A stretch of 64,000 nt of DNA from Azolla caroliniana. Lineage: Eukaryota; Plantae; Polypodiophyta. A model generated the notes under the pieces. The model was given only the letters and a program-made list of their open reading frames with translations, was not told where the DNA came from and did not search any database. Position 1 is the first letter of the stretch. Each line of letters starts with the position of its first letter. Of the stretch, positions 1 through 12,389 are shown piece by piece. Location of the stretch: assembly GCA_043228905.1 (NCBI GenBank), contig JBHGNT010000015.1, positions 9,920,001-9,984,000 of the forward strand, given 5' to 3'. Both the position numbers and the translations under genes were made by a program.

Positions 1-2422
1 GCTCTACATCCGGAAATCTCCGAGGGGCCCTTCTCTCTCTGAGAGGATATCTCCGTCTCTGGGCTTCGGTGACCAGCTCATCCATCTGCTCTTCATTCGA
101 ATCCGATTTGGGGGTCTTGGCCGGTTCCGGTTTCAGCTTCCTCTACTTCTTCTTCAGCCTGTTCGGTATCCTCACCGTAACCGGCTGGTCCCTCGAGTGC
201 TAACCGGTCTCTTGCCGGTTGGGTCTGCTCATCGTAGAGTCGATCCTTACCGGTCGACTCAGAGTTCATTATCTTCTTCTCTGACTCCCAGTCGGCGAGT
301 GTCTTGTTCTCCATGAAGATAATATCTCGACTTCGGAATACCTTCTTGTCGACCAGGTCCCACACTCGGTAGTCGAACTCATCGTCACTGTAACCGAGGA
401 ATATGCATGGCCGGGTCTTTGGATCTAACTTTCCTCTCCGGTTCTTAGCTACATGCACGTACACGAGACACCCGAACACCTTCAGATGCCGGTAGGATAC
501 TTCCTTACCGGTCCACACTCTCTATGGTGTGTCTCCGTCCAAGGGTACTAAGGGTGATCTATTTATCACATATGTCGCCGTCGACAGTGCCTCAGCCCAA
601 AACTTCTTGGGTAGTTTTGCATGCGCTGGCATACTCCGGACCCTCTGCATTATGGTCCGGTTCATCCTCTCGGCCAGTCCGTTTAGTTCCGGCGTCTTCG
701 GCACAGTAAATTCGAGCCGGATTCCCTTCGAGCGACAATACTCCTCGAATTGCCCCCGGTATTCTCCTCCGTTATCTGCTCGAACCGCCTTCAGCTTCCA
801 ACCGGTTTCTCTTTCCACTCTCGCATGGAGCTCTTTGAAGACGGATAGCACCTGATCCTTCGTCTTCAACGGTGTGGCCCACAGCTTCCGGCTGTGGTCA
901 TCTATGAACGTCACGAAGTACTGCGCTCCGGCATGTGACTTCGGGTCTACTTGACACACATCCGTATGCACCAACTCCAGTGGTGCATTACGTCTCATCG
1001 GTGGCCTTGGTCGGAAGGAGGTCCGGTTTTGCTTACCGGCCAGACAATCAATGCACTTCTCCAAGTGCACGTTCTTCACTGGAATGAGGTTGTTGTCTCC
1101 AAGCCTCTTCATCCCCTTCTCGCTCATATGACACAACCTCTTGTGCCACAACTCACCGGCAGTGTCGGATGCCACGTTCACTTCTTCCAGACATAACCGG
1201 GTATTCATCAGGTACAGTGTGTTTACCTTCCGGGCCTGAGCCACAATCAGGCTCCCTTTGTTGTGTAGCCCTCATCATCTAGCCGACCGGCTGATATCAG
1301 GTTATGACGAACCTCCGGAATGTGTCGGACATCCTTCAGCAGCAACTTGCATCCGGTTGGTGTCGACAGCCACACGTCTCCTATGCCGACAATTCGGCAT
1401 GTACCTTCATTCCCCATCCAAACACAGCCGTGATCACCGACTGAGTAGGATGAGAAGCATTTCCAGTCCGGGGTAAGGTGGAACGATGCTCCGGAGTCTA
1501 CCACCCAGGTCATCTTGTCGCCGGCAAGGTTTATCTCACTCTCCTCGGTGATGAGCATCAACTCTTCTTCACTTGCCGCGATTGCCGTTGTTCCCTTCCG
1601 GTCCGGCCCCTTCCGGTCTTTACCGTTCCGGTCTAGGGTCCGCTTCGAATCGGTACCGTTGGTTTCCTTGTCTTTACGGAAATGCCGACAATTCTTTTGG
1701 AAGTGACCCGGCTTGCCGCAATAGAAGCAAGTGGGGCCCCCCCTTGACTTTGACCGTGTCCCCGACTTCTCCCGGTTCTGGGGACTACGGTTTCTATGTC
1801 TTCCGCGTTCCGATTCGGTAAGGAGCGCTTTGGAGTCAGAGCTCGTATCTTTATCTTTCCGACGTGCCTCCTCATCTAGGAAGCTCGACTTTACTCTTGC
1901 TAGGGATAACCGTTTTCCTTCCGGCCTGGCGTTGCCCAAAGTGACAACCAACGTCTCCTAGCTATCCGGGAGGGAACCGAGCAGGAGTAGCGCTAGTACC
2001 TCATCGGCGAGAGGTACTTCCAATGACATTGCCTGGTGTATCAGCCCCTGGAAGGCATTCATATGCTCCGCCATGCTAGAGCCATCTTGGTACCGGAGTC
2101 TTACTAGCTTCCGGAATACCGAAACCTGATTAACAACATTTTTGTTCTGAAACATTATGTCGATCTTCTCCCAGAGCTCATGAGCCTTGCTCTCTTCATT
2201 GAAGTTGTTGTACAGGCTCATGTCGATGAAGCACCGTATGTACGCCGTTGTCTTCATGTGCATCACCTCCCATATCGCGGCGTCGATTTTGTTCGGTCTC
2301 TTGTCCCCGAACTGAACCGGCAGCCAGAGGTCTTTAACCACGAGCATGTCCCTCATCTTCGACTTCCACACTGAATAGTTGGAGCCGGTGAGCTTGAACA
2401 TGCCGCCAAACGATTCGTCCAT
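1..2422 (-). pseudogene. copia gag-pol polyprotein, broken by TAG stops and a small deletion
   Basis: ORFs 1958..2449, 1247..1951, 522..1244 and 93..518 are consecutive pieces of one polyprotein; ATG at 2422. Confidence 0.93.
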
Positions 2423-2436
2423 TTTCTGTGTTGTTA

Positions 2437-2448
2437 GCTCTGATACCA
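2437..2448 (-). promoter_or_regulatory. primer-binding site, initiator tRNA-Met
   Basis: TGGTATCAGAGC on the minus strand, 2 nt from the LTR end. Confidence 0.95.
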
Positions 2449-2450
2449 CT

Positions 2451-3322
2451 TGACGGGAACTACAACGCTCCCTCTACGCAACGCTCGGCCACAACCGAGC
2501 TTAGGATCATACACAGAAAACAGGAAACTGTAAAACACGCGACACAAAAGGAGAGAAGAGGTACATAGGATGTTTACGTGGAAAACCCCAAACTAGGGGA
2601 AAAACCACGGCAGCCCACAGGCTGCAAACTATCACTAGTTTAGTATGTACAACAGTGAGTTCATGAAGGCAATGACCTTGTGCTCACAATCTTCGCCACA
2701 GGCGGCGGTTACAACAGAGGCAACGACCTCTTTCTCTCTCTCTCTCTTTGTGTACACTGTTGCACTCTCTCTCTTCTTCTTCTTGCACCAACAAGAAAAA
2801 TGACAACAACAAAACATAAGTTTGCCCTAAGTCATATTTATACTAATATGACTTTTCGGCTATTTACAAATATAGTCTCGATGGACTCTCAGAAACATAT
2901 TTACGAATATGTCTCTTCATCCGGTTCTCACCGGGTTTGTACCATCCGGCTCTCCGTAGCCGGGTACTCCTCATCCGGTTCATACCGGGTCTGCACCATC
3001 CGGCTCTCCGTAGCCGGGTACTCCTCATCCGGTTCATACCGGGTCTACACCATCCGGCTCTCCGTAGCCGGGTACTCCTCATCCGGTTCATACCGGGTTT
3101 GCACCATCCGGCTCTCCGTAGCCGGGTACTCCTGATCCGGTTCATACCGGGTCTGCACCATCCGGCTCTCCGTAGCCGGGTACTCCTCATCCGGTTCATA
3201 CCGGGTCTACACCATTTGGCTCTCCGTAGCCGGGTACTCCTCATCCGGTTTCGGCCTCGGCAGAGTTTGTTCATCAGCACTGTTCTTCTCCCTTCCCATC
3301 CGGAGGGACCTGTCTCCCAACA
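2451..3322 (-). repeat. 5' LTR of A1 (about 870 bp)
   Basis: TG..CA ends. Minus-strand start TGTTGGGAGACAGGTCCCTCCGGATGGGA matches the A3 3' LTR start at 45361; both share the TATA-like TATAAATATGACTTAGGGCAA. Confidence 0.9.
2915..3250. repeat. 54-bp tandem repeat (about 6 copies) in the U3 of the A1 LTR
   Basis: Unit CCGGCTCTCCGTAGCCGGGTACTCCTCATCCGGTTCATACCGGGTCTGCACCAT; the overlapping ORFs show 18-aa periodicity. Confidence 0.95.
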
Positions 3323-3883
3323 AATGCATGATAAAAGAAAAAGCTACACATGCACATCTAGCGTGCATGAACACTATAGTTGACAAAAACGCATCAAGTT
3401 AGAAAAAGCATGTTAGATAAATCATATAGTCTATTGATAGAAAAAAAAGCATGAAGTTGATAATTTAGAAAATGCATTTTAGATAAAGCATATAGTTTAT
3501 TGATAGAAAAAGCATGGATTACTCAAACTCTCTCATCATTATATAAGGATGGGGAACACAATGTAATAGGTGTGTGAAAAATTTGGAAATTGGATATATT
3601 TCTAAAAAACACCAATTAATAAATTATACTCGTGGGATTCATGAAATTTTTATATCCTTCTCTTTCTATCTAAATTCATATTATTATCTTAATATTGATT
3701 AATCTAATACAATACACTCGTGGGATTCACGAGGTTTCTATATCTCTTTCTTATAATCTATTCATATTCATAACTAGATTAGCCTCAAATTCTTCCTCCT
3801 CCTAGTCCAAAACCCCGGCGGTTCCCACCCGACTCACGCAACGATCTGGCGCGGAAAGGCACGACACAAGTGGTGAAACTGAT

Positions 3884-4570
3884 GTGAAAACGGGTGGCAA
3901 GGAGATGGAGAATCAACAAGAGGCGATGAACATGATGATGATGATGTTTGAGCAGATGCAACTAGAACAACATGCGATGTCGGAGATGAAGGCGGCAGTA
4001 GAGCGGCTTGTGCAACGAAATGGGGAATTCAGCGGAAAGGATGTGTCACGCTATCTACGTGAATACAAGGCGGAGATGATTCGATGTGGGATACCGAAAG
4101 GATTGCAAGTGATATACTTCAATCAGGTAGTCACGGATGAGTTGCAAGAGAGCATATATGAGATACGGCAACAGAACCCAATGTGGGTGTCCTCTGAGAA
4201 AGCACTATTGGAGAAGTATGATTGCAAAAGAACGATGACCATGGATAAGGTCGATGACTTGAGAGTGGCAAACACCACTTCAAGAACGGAAGAAGGTTTC
4301 GGAATACAAGTATCCGAAACATTGGGTGAAAAACGGGTAAGCATAATCGATGCTTGCATGATTGAGGTAGATAAAGACTGCAAGGTGAACTTGATTGAGG
4401 AGGTCGCCACGAAAGATGACATCAAATCAGAGGTGGCTATGGACGAATCAATGGCGGATGGCCGTATGAAGACTTTCCCACCACTAGTTCTAGAGACTTC
4501 GGCGGTTGCGTTCGAAAGACAACGTGAAACCGAAGAGAAAACAAAGTTCGAATACGATGCATATGATTGA
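3884..4570 (+). pseudogene. truncated gag N-terminus fused to an unrelated acidic sequence
   Basis: AAVERLVQRNGEFSGKDVSRYLREYKAEM is homologous to the start of ORF 59468..61510; homology is lost after about 110 aa. Confidence 0.85.
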
Positions 4571-5934
4571 GAGATAGCTGAGAAGGTGGCTATGGGTGAA
4601 ACAACGGAGAACGATAATACCGATGATTCTTGCCCACTAATCCTAGAGACTTCGGCGGTTGTGTCCGAGAAGCAACATGAGACCGGAGAGATCGGAGATG
4701 ACGGTGAGGAAGGTAAAGTTGGAAGCCGGTTCAGATGGAAGATGATCTGTCCGAAATTCCAATCTAAATGAAAGCACGACAACACGGAGGTCGGGTGTGC
4801 GTCGGGAGAAGCGCGTAATACGGAGCATGCGCTATGGCACAAAACGGAGCATGCACTACGGCGTAATACGACACAAGCACTACGGCGAAAAATGAAGCGT
4901 GCATTATAGCCGCACGAGGACCTAAGAGCAAGCGCGTATTCGGAGGTCGACATCGACGTGTGGGTAGAGCCTACAGAAGGCAAGCGCGGAATGGAGGGAG
5001 ACAGCACGACAAGATGCTCAAGATGAGGGGACGATCGAGCCAAAGGAGGAACAAAGGCGGCACGTGAGGGGCAAAATCCGGCGTGTGATCGGAGTGAGTG
5101 GAGGCCCAATCAGAGGACCTATGCGGCGGACAATGGAAAGAAGTATCAGAGGTCAAACCAGTCGAGGCCGGTGAAAACAAGTAAAAAGAAACAAATCCAG
5201 GCGGAAACCGATCGGTCGAAACTGACCCGAAAGGGGGCCGAATCGGTAAAAACCGATCAACCGAGTCTGAATCGGCCGAATACGAATTGGAACGGAAGCC
5301 AATTCAACTAAAAGATGATCAGATGAGACCGATTCGAAAATAAGCTAATCCGACTCAACCAGAGGTCGAAGAGATCAAGGCTGACGATTACGAGGAAGAG
5401 GTTAAGCAAGTGCACTACAAAGGATGACAAGAACCAAGCGGGCCAAGCAAATTTGAAGGGTGTTACCAAGGATGAGATCTCGACAAAGGAGGGATATAAC
5501 ATGAAGATTGTCAACTCTAACGCGAGATTATATGACAAAGGTGGACAAAGTGGGAAGCATGCCACATGCACAAGACATGAAGGGTTATGCTCAAGAGGAG
5601 CACGAGGAGTCGTGACAACCGGCCATGGCCATGCAAACAGTGAACGAAGACTATGGTGGATCGGATGGCGACAATGGTTCGAGTGGAAAGAATGGATATG
5701 CTCAAAATGGAGAGACAAAGTTGACATAGCAAGAGAAACGGAGTGTACTACGAGTAAAGGAGAATTACGAGAACCGGTGATTGGGTGGAGCCGGCAACAA
5801 GAAACCTGCAACCGAACAAAACCGGCAATGGGACTGGCAACGAAACCAATCGGACGGAGACCGGACGGAGGATACTAACAATCACCGACAACTTCGGCAC
5901 ATACCTGAGGATGTGCGGGTTTGGAGGGGACGAG

Positions 5935-6828
5935 TGTCGTAGTGTAAATTGCACACTATGAGAAAATTGCATTTTTGGTCCCTCCGGATGGGACATGGAG
6001 ACTCGGCAAGAACCGGATGAAGAGTACCCGGTTAGAACCGGATGAAGAAGGCCGGTGAGAGTCGGTGAGAAACGGACGAAGAGGACCCAGTAAGAACCAG
6101 ATAAAGAAGACCCGGTGAGAACCGGATGAAGAGACATATTTGCAAATAGGAGAGAATATTAAAAATATTGTTACATGCATAGGGCAAGATTCGAACCTTG
6201 TATCTCCATGTACATAAGGTGAAGCTTTACCATTACACTAACATATCATTAGTGTTAAAAAAGAAGACGTCCCACATAGAATAAACTTCAGTTAGAAGAA
6301 AACGCATGATAAAAGAAAAAGCTACACATGTACATCTAGCGTGCATGAACACTATAGTCGATAAAAATGCATCAAGTTAGAAAAAGCATGTTAGATAAAG
6401 CATATAGTCTATTGATAGAGAAAAAAGCATGAAATTGATAATTTAGAAAAAGCATATAGTCTATTGATAGAAAAAGCATGGATTGCTAAGACTCTCTCAT
6501 CATTATATAAGGATGGGGAGCACAATGTAATAGGTGTGTGAAAAATTTGGAAATTGGATATATTCTAAAAAACACCAATTAATAAATTATACTCGTGGCA
6601 TTCACGAGATTTCTATATCCTTCTCTTTCTATCTAAATTCATATTATTATCTTAATATTGATTAATCTAATACAATACACTCGTGGATTCACGAGGTTTC
6701 TATTTCTCTTTCTTATAATCTATTCATATTCATAACTAGATTAGTCTCAAATTCTTCCTCGTCCTAGTCCAAAACCCCGACGGTTCCCACCCGACTCACG
6801 GAACGATCTGGCGTTGAAAGGCATGACA
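5935..6828 (+). repeat. 3' LTR of B1
   Basis: 6301..6828 aligns with 3323..3866, and the end aligns with the B3 LTR end (CCCACCCGACTCACG..GAAAGGCAYGACA). Confidence 0.9.
6176..6245 (-). other. tRNA-derived Pol III promoter-like cassette inside an LTR
   Basis: Minus strand reads TAGTGTAATGGTAAAG (A box) ... GGTTCGAATCT (B box). Confidence 0.7.
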
Positions 6829-9225
6829 ACATTTCTCACTTTTGGCATAAAGTCCATGTTCCTAAAGTTTGGATAGAACCAGTCGGACGTGTCGGGTGTG
6901 CTCCTGTATGTCGGAAGAAAACACTAAAATGTCGTCAAGGTAGATCACCATGAAGTGATCAAGATACTCCCGAAATATATTGTTCATCATGTGCTGAAGG
7001 ACCGTCGGGGCGTTGGTGAGACCAAAAGGCATCACCTTGTATTGAAAATGTCCATAGCGTGTTCGGAAGGCAGTTTTCCACTCGTCTCCTAGCTTGATAC
7101 GCACTAGATTGTAGCCTCCCCGAAGGTTGATTTTGGAGAAGATACGCTCAGTTCGAAGTCGGTCAAGGAGTGTTGGAATTAAAGGCAAGGGATAACGATT
7201 GCGTACCATAATTTTGTTGAGACCCCGATAATCCACACATAGGCGTAATGAGCCGTCCTTCTTCTTGACAAAGAAGATTGGAGCCCGAGCTGGTGATTTG
7301 GAGGGTTGAATGAAGCCCTTGGCGAGGATTTCATCCAGATATGTGAGAAGAGCCTCAAGTTCGGGTTCAGACAGCCCATAGATGGGCCCAAATGGTGGAT
7401 GTGCGCCATCTTGGAGTTTGATTGGGAAATCATAGGGGCGATGTGCCAGTAACCAGTCAGCATTTTGTTTTTAGAACACATCCAAAAAATTGCTATATCT
7501 TGCGGGCAAATTGGTGATAGGAACAAAGACGTCCTGTGCCACAACGGGCACAGGAGTGACCACACTAGAATCGACCATAACAGAATCGACAATGTCAGAG
7601 ATTGAGTTGAAATCCGAATAATGTGCTCCCAAGCTGAAAGCAGTCCCCACACAAGTAACGGTGTTTGTGGAAGAGACCCGCGCTAGTGTTTGTGGAAAGC
7701 TGATGCAACAGTTGCACTAATCCACCATCGGATTGTGTGTTTCCAAACAAGAGAGCCCTAAAACAATCGGATGTTGAGGAGTTGCAATGAGATAGAATGT
7801 TAATACCTCATGGTGGAGCCCAAATTGAAGTACCAATGGGATAGTGGCTTCAGTAACTACCCCTGAAGAGAGGACCCGTCCGTCGATAGTTTCAACAGAT
7901 ATGGGATGCGTTGTGTGGACAGTGGGGATTTTATGTGCTCAGACGAACGCAATATTGATGAAACAAGTGGATGCACTAGAATCGAGCAAGGCATGGGATT
8001 TTATTGAAATATACCCAAAACTAAGACTTACTTGCAACGTAAAACCTCTTGCTCGTGTGACTGAATTGTAGGAGCACAGAGAAGTAGGGTGACGGGATGT
8101 GTCCAACGACATGGCTCCTACTGCAGCCAGACTTGCTTGTTTTCCTGTTGTCCAAAAACCTTCGCAAGACGTGCACGATCGTTTTCTTGTTGTCGAGAAA
8201 CCTCGACAAGATGTGCACGGTGGGATTCATGACGAGGGCTGCGCATCGGGCAGTGGTGGATGACATGGTGGGGGGCACCACAATAGAGGTAGAGGCCATT
8301 GTCACATCAATGTTGCCGTTGGTCATCGGTTAATGGTTGGAACCGAGCATGGTCGTCTCCATTGGGGTACAAGAGTTGACCTCCATCGGGGTAAGAGTAT
8401 CATTGGAAGACGGCAACCGTGGCGTGCTTGGTGAAACTGATATATATGGCCTTGTGAGTGGAGCATTGCGGAAGGAAGAAGGAAAGCCACGAGTCCCCCG
8501 TTCCTCTTGTCGAAGCTCAAAAAGACGATTATCACATTGAACGGCTTGGGAGATTACCTGGGACAATGATGTGGGCTCCGGAAAGTTTAAGAGAAGAGTC
8601 TTGACATCATTTTTGAGTCCTCGACGAAACTGGTCGCATAAAGCTTGGTCATCCTACCTGACATCGCACGCGATCTGACGAAACTTTGAAGCATAGACGG
8701 AAGCTGGACGAGATCCTTGTTGTAAGGAATAAAGTTTCATGAGAGCCGTTCATTGCCGATGTGTCTCTCCGAATGTGGCTTCAAGCTCCGCAAGGAAGGC
8801 AGGAAAGTTCTCTAAGAGTGGGGATGATGTTTCCATCAATGGTGCAAACCACGCTTGTGCCGGCCCTGAGAGAAGGGTGCCAACGAGGCTGACCCGAGAG
8901 AAATCACTAGCATAACATTGGGGTTGTAAGCGGATGATAAGCCGAATTTGATTGATAAAGCCACGAAGATGTGCCCTTGAGCGTTGAATTTGTCAGGTAG
9001 GCGGACATTAGGTTCGAGGACATATGAAAGGGAAGAGGAAGGGGTTGGGTTAGGTGCTAACGGAAGGTGAGGCTCAATGGGTGGAGGATTGTTGGTTGTG
9101 CTATTTTGAAGCTCTTGTAATGATTGACGAAGGATTTCATTTTCTAATTGAAGTTGTTCCAAGGCTGCCATTACTTGGCTTAAGGCTTAGTCGGACATGG
9201 TAACAAGAAGAGAAGGTGAATAAAC

Positions 9226-9682
9226 TGTCACGGACCAGTAGACAAGGACAAGGACAAGTAGGCGAGCTAAATATTAAGACAGAGCGAAAGATAGATATAT
9301 AGATAGGGAGAGAGTATAGACAAGAGAACAAGAGAGATAGAGGGAGAAGGTAGACAAAGAGCAAGAACTAGATTATGCTTTCGTAATTGGTGTTGTTCAC
9401 CTTGATTGTAATCAAGGTGCACTGAAGTATTTATACAAGAATGTGGTGGTATGCATGTAAGCTAGGAAACATCTACAGAATTCATGGAAACTTCTAGAGA
9501 GTGCATGAAGGTGCATTCTCTAGAAATTTCTTGAAAGTTCTAGTGATTAACTTACAATGTAATAATTTGAAACTTATACAATATAATAATGCATAGATTG
9601 AATGTAGCTCAATTGCTAAGGTTGCCCAATAAGACCAAGAGGTCATGGGTTCAACCCCGTACATTCCATCGTGTCTATGACA
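9226..9682 (-). repeat. 5' LTR of T1
   Basis: TGTCA inverted termini; TATA at 9428..9435 (minus); architecture similar to solo LTR 33938..34410. Confidence 0.8.
9598..9668 (+). other. tRNA-derived cassette inside the T1 LTR
   Basis: GAATG-TAGCTCAATTGCTAAGG ... ATGGGTTCAACCCCGT-ACATTC: acceptor-like stem, A box, T-arm with B box; no clean anticodon arm. Confidence 0.72.
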
Positions 9683-11090
9683 CATTGAGGGAAAGATGAC
9701 TATGGATGAGTCGATGGTGACCGATGGTGTCGAGGTTCTCCTGACAATTGTTCGTGAGACCAGAGAGACGGAAGGTGACGACAAGAAATCGAAGGACCGA
9801 AACGGCGATGAGGACGATGAACACAGACTAAGGGATCCCTCCACACCGGTTCCGGAGACTTCAGCAATTGTGCACGAGAGCCAACATAAGACCAGAGAGA
9901 TGGAAGGTGGCAGTGAAGAGATGAGGGTCAAAGCCATCGCATACGGAGGAACGGTGGCCAACAAGGAGGTCAAGAATAAAGCTTCAATAGAGTTTGATGA
10001 TGAGCCAAGGAGCGGCAAGAAAGGAAGAACCGGAAGACAATCTGGATAGAAGATGTCGTGGTTGGTATTCCGACCTGGATGGGAGCTGATCAACCGAGCC
10101 CGACCCAACCGAAATGTGGATGGACGCCAACCCGGAGGGAAGCCAATCGTCTCCAATTCATCTGAATGCGAATCCGGAAGAAGACCGACCAAGCCCGAAG
10201 CTGATTGGTCGAGACCAGTCTAGACACAAGTTGAGTCGGCGAAGCCGGAGGTCGAAGTAGAGGAGCTGTGACACCCAGTCGAGGCTGCTAAGCATGAGGA
10301 AACACAAGCATGAGATGAGAAAGGACGATCAGAGGAAGTTTGATGACCAAGGAGATGGTTGGGATGAAGGTGACACATGTAGGGTTACGCTTAGGTGGAG
10401 AAAAAGGGCTATGCCAAATGGTCATGGCAATGCGAAGGGCGAGCGAATGATATAGTTGATCGGGTGGTGACAATGGTTTGGGTGGAAGGAATGCATGTGC
10501 TCAAAATGGAGGACAAAGGTTGTCGCAGGCGAAGCGTAAGAAAGAAAGAAATCAAAGGCCAACCATCTTTGAGTCCACCACATCACTCTTTTCTTCTTGG
10601 CACATGCTGGAGGATGTGCGGTTTGGTGGGGGTGGACATCATGATGTTGCGCATCCAATGGGAGAAATTGTGAAATACTATAGTTCCATGCATATTACAC
10701 AAACGATTATAAATATGAAAATTAACCTAGGGCCTAGTGGCATTTGAGTGCAAGCAAGATTTGAACCTTGCACCTCCAAGATAGGAGACATTTATCTTAC
10801 CATTAGGGCTACTACCAAGTACTTTAAATGTTTTCTATTTCTTTTCATATTCAAAAGGCATAGGAAAACAACCATACAAACCCGTGTGCCCAAAAACCAT
10901 GGGTCCAAGCCCATGGTTTTGTGCATGTTAGAAGCATGGATAGACCTATAAAAACCCTCGTAAGGCTTGTGTAAAGGGGGGGCTCAATATGTGATATTAT
11001 CATCATCATTATCACCATCAATATAATAATCTTCTTCTTATTATTCTTGTTTATCTTCTTCTCGAGTGTAAAATTTTCCGATCTTCTCAA
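9683..11090 (+). mobile_element. older B-related non-autonomous element (3' internal region plus partial LTR)
   Basis: 9696..10049 and 10410..10520 are homologous to the B1 internal region (MDESM..ETSA motif; GCTCAAAATGGAG). PPT-like sequence about 10610..10637, TATA about 10947, tRNA-like cassette 10748..10816. Right boundary is approximate. Confidence 0.7.
10748..10816 (-). other. tRNA-derived cassette inside an LTR
   Basis: Minus strand reads TAGCCCTAATGGTAAG ... GGAGGTGCAAGGTTCAAATCTTGC. Confidence 0.65.
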
Positions 11091-11099
11091 GTGTAGTGC

Positions 11100-12362
11100 T
11101 CATTGTTTCCCCAAATCTTACATTCACATCGTCCTCTTCTCAATAACTCCCTGGTACAAGACCCCAATGGTCCCGTTCAAGCGAAGCACGCACGTATGCA
11201 CATCTTCGCGACAACGCGCTCACAATTCAGAGGATTATTTAATCAGGTACACTTAGTCATTCAAATGCATCCTTCCCGATACCCCATTGATGCATCCCGA
11301 GTAGGCCTACTAGGCACGTTGCTTAGCGGCTCAGCCTTGGCATGGTTCGCTCCGCTTTTGGAAAAACAATCTCCCTTGCTTAATAACTTTGAAGACTTTA
11401 TTAGTGAGTTTAAAGCCAACTTTGGAGATACCGACAACATCAGGACGTCGATCAACAAAATCTGACGATTGCGTCAAGGCGATCGTCTAGGCTCTGCCTA
11501 CGCGGCGGATTTCCGTCTACTCGCCTCAGATATCCCCTGGGATGACGAAATACTAATGGAGCAATTCCGCTATGGCCTATGAAACGATATCAAAGATTTA
11601 CTTTTTAACCTTTCCTGAAGAACCAAAATCTCTTCCAGAGGCAATCACTCAAGCGGTCCGATGCGACAACCACCTTTTGGAGCGACGTTCGAAACGTCAA
11701 TTTCAATTGCCATGGACTAGGCCAGAGCCCACATAAGCCTCAGTCGCAGCTAAACCGGTTGCACGAGATGTATCTCAAGCGAATACTCCGACGCCGATGG
11801 AGATCGACATCATGCATCCACGTGGCCCGTTATCGGAAGAAGAAAAACAACGACAACGTGCAAATTGATTGTGTCTTTATTGCGGTGGACCAGGAGGGCA
11901 TATCACCATCAAATGTCCCCATAGGCCAAGAAGACAGGTAAATCAAATCGTAACTTGTACTAAACCCGAGTCAACTCCCTTAGGAGTGTCTGATAGTATC
12001 AATAGTATTGATAGCCCAAGTATCTCAAACAAATTCGAAATCCTTAGTCAATTAGAGGAAGAGTTAAACAACTAAGTCCAGCCAAAATAGGAGCCATTTA
12101 GTTGGACAATCCTAGATCTACGCAACCCATTAGTGGTTCCATTCCCTATAAGCAAGTTAACAATGTGTTCTTAGCCCAAGCTATGATTAGTACTAAAAGC
12201 ACCCTTCCAGTACATGTCTTAGCACTTTTAGATTCCGGAGCCAATTCCTGTTTCATGGATCGGAAATTTGCCCAAGCTTCTTAGATATCCTTAAGAAAAC
12301 TTCCTTGCCCCACATCTGTAGTAGTCATTGATGGTCGTCCCATTGCTTCTGGGAATATCGTA
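11100..12362 (+). pseudogene. Tcn1-like chromovirus gag-protease fragment (T2)
   Basis: LLGTLLSGSALAWFAPLLE gag, CLYCGGPGGHITIKC knuckle, LALLDSGANSCFMD protease; several stops. Confidence 0.88.
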
Positions 12363-12389
12363 TTACTAAGCCACAACCGAGTAATATTA

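Larger units (their letters stand above)
1..3322 (-). mobile_element. Ty1/copia LTR retrotransposon, family A copy 1 (5' part; runs off window start)
   Basis: Order LTR, Met PBS, gag (CFYCGKPGHFQKNC knuckle), protease (WVVDSGAS), integrase (HKRLCH..C..C, LVHTDVC, RADNGGEY, NGLAERMN) is copia order. Inserted into the 5' LTR of element B1. Confidence 0.95.
3323..6828 (+). mobile_element. non-autonomous Ty3/gypsy element, family B copy 1
   Basis: Partial 5' LTR 3323..3866 (cut by A1), degenerate Trp PBS TGGTGAAACTGATGTGA at 3871, gag N-terminus, no pol, PPT about 5915..5934, 3' LTR 5935..6828 (TGTCGT..TGACA). Inserted in the RT region of T1. Confidence 0.88.
6829..9682 (-). mobile_element. Tcn1-like chromovirus (Ty3/gypsy) T1, 5' half, decayed
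   Basis: LTR 9226..9682 (TGTCA..TGACA), gag remnants 8330..9171, protease (ALLDSSAS, about 7980), RT 6862..7236 ([31 protein letters not shown]). No tRNA PBS. Confidence 0.88.

Noticed and set aside
2915-3250. Regular repeats resembling a CRISPR array, or repeat-protein ORFs (2680..3383)
   Set aside because: Head-to-tail 54-bp units with no unique spacers, inside an LTR; the ORFs are by-products of a stop-free repeat.
4123-5109. 328-aa minus-strand ORF
   Set aside because: Ser-rich antisense shadow of a purine-rich TE interior; no recognisable domain.
9598-9668. Functional tRNA genes at the six tRNA-like sites
   Set aside because: No consistent anticodon arm and imperfect stems; reported instead as tRNA-derived cassettes.
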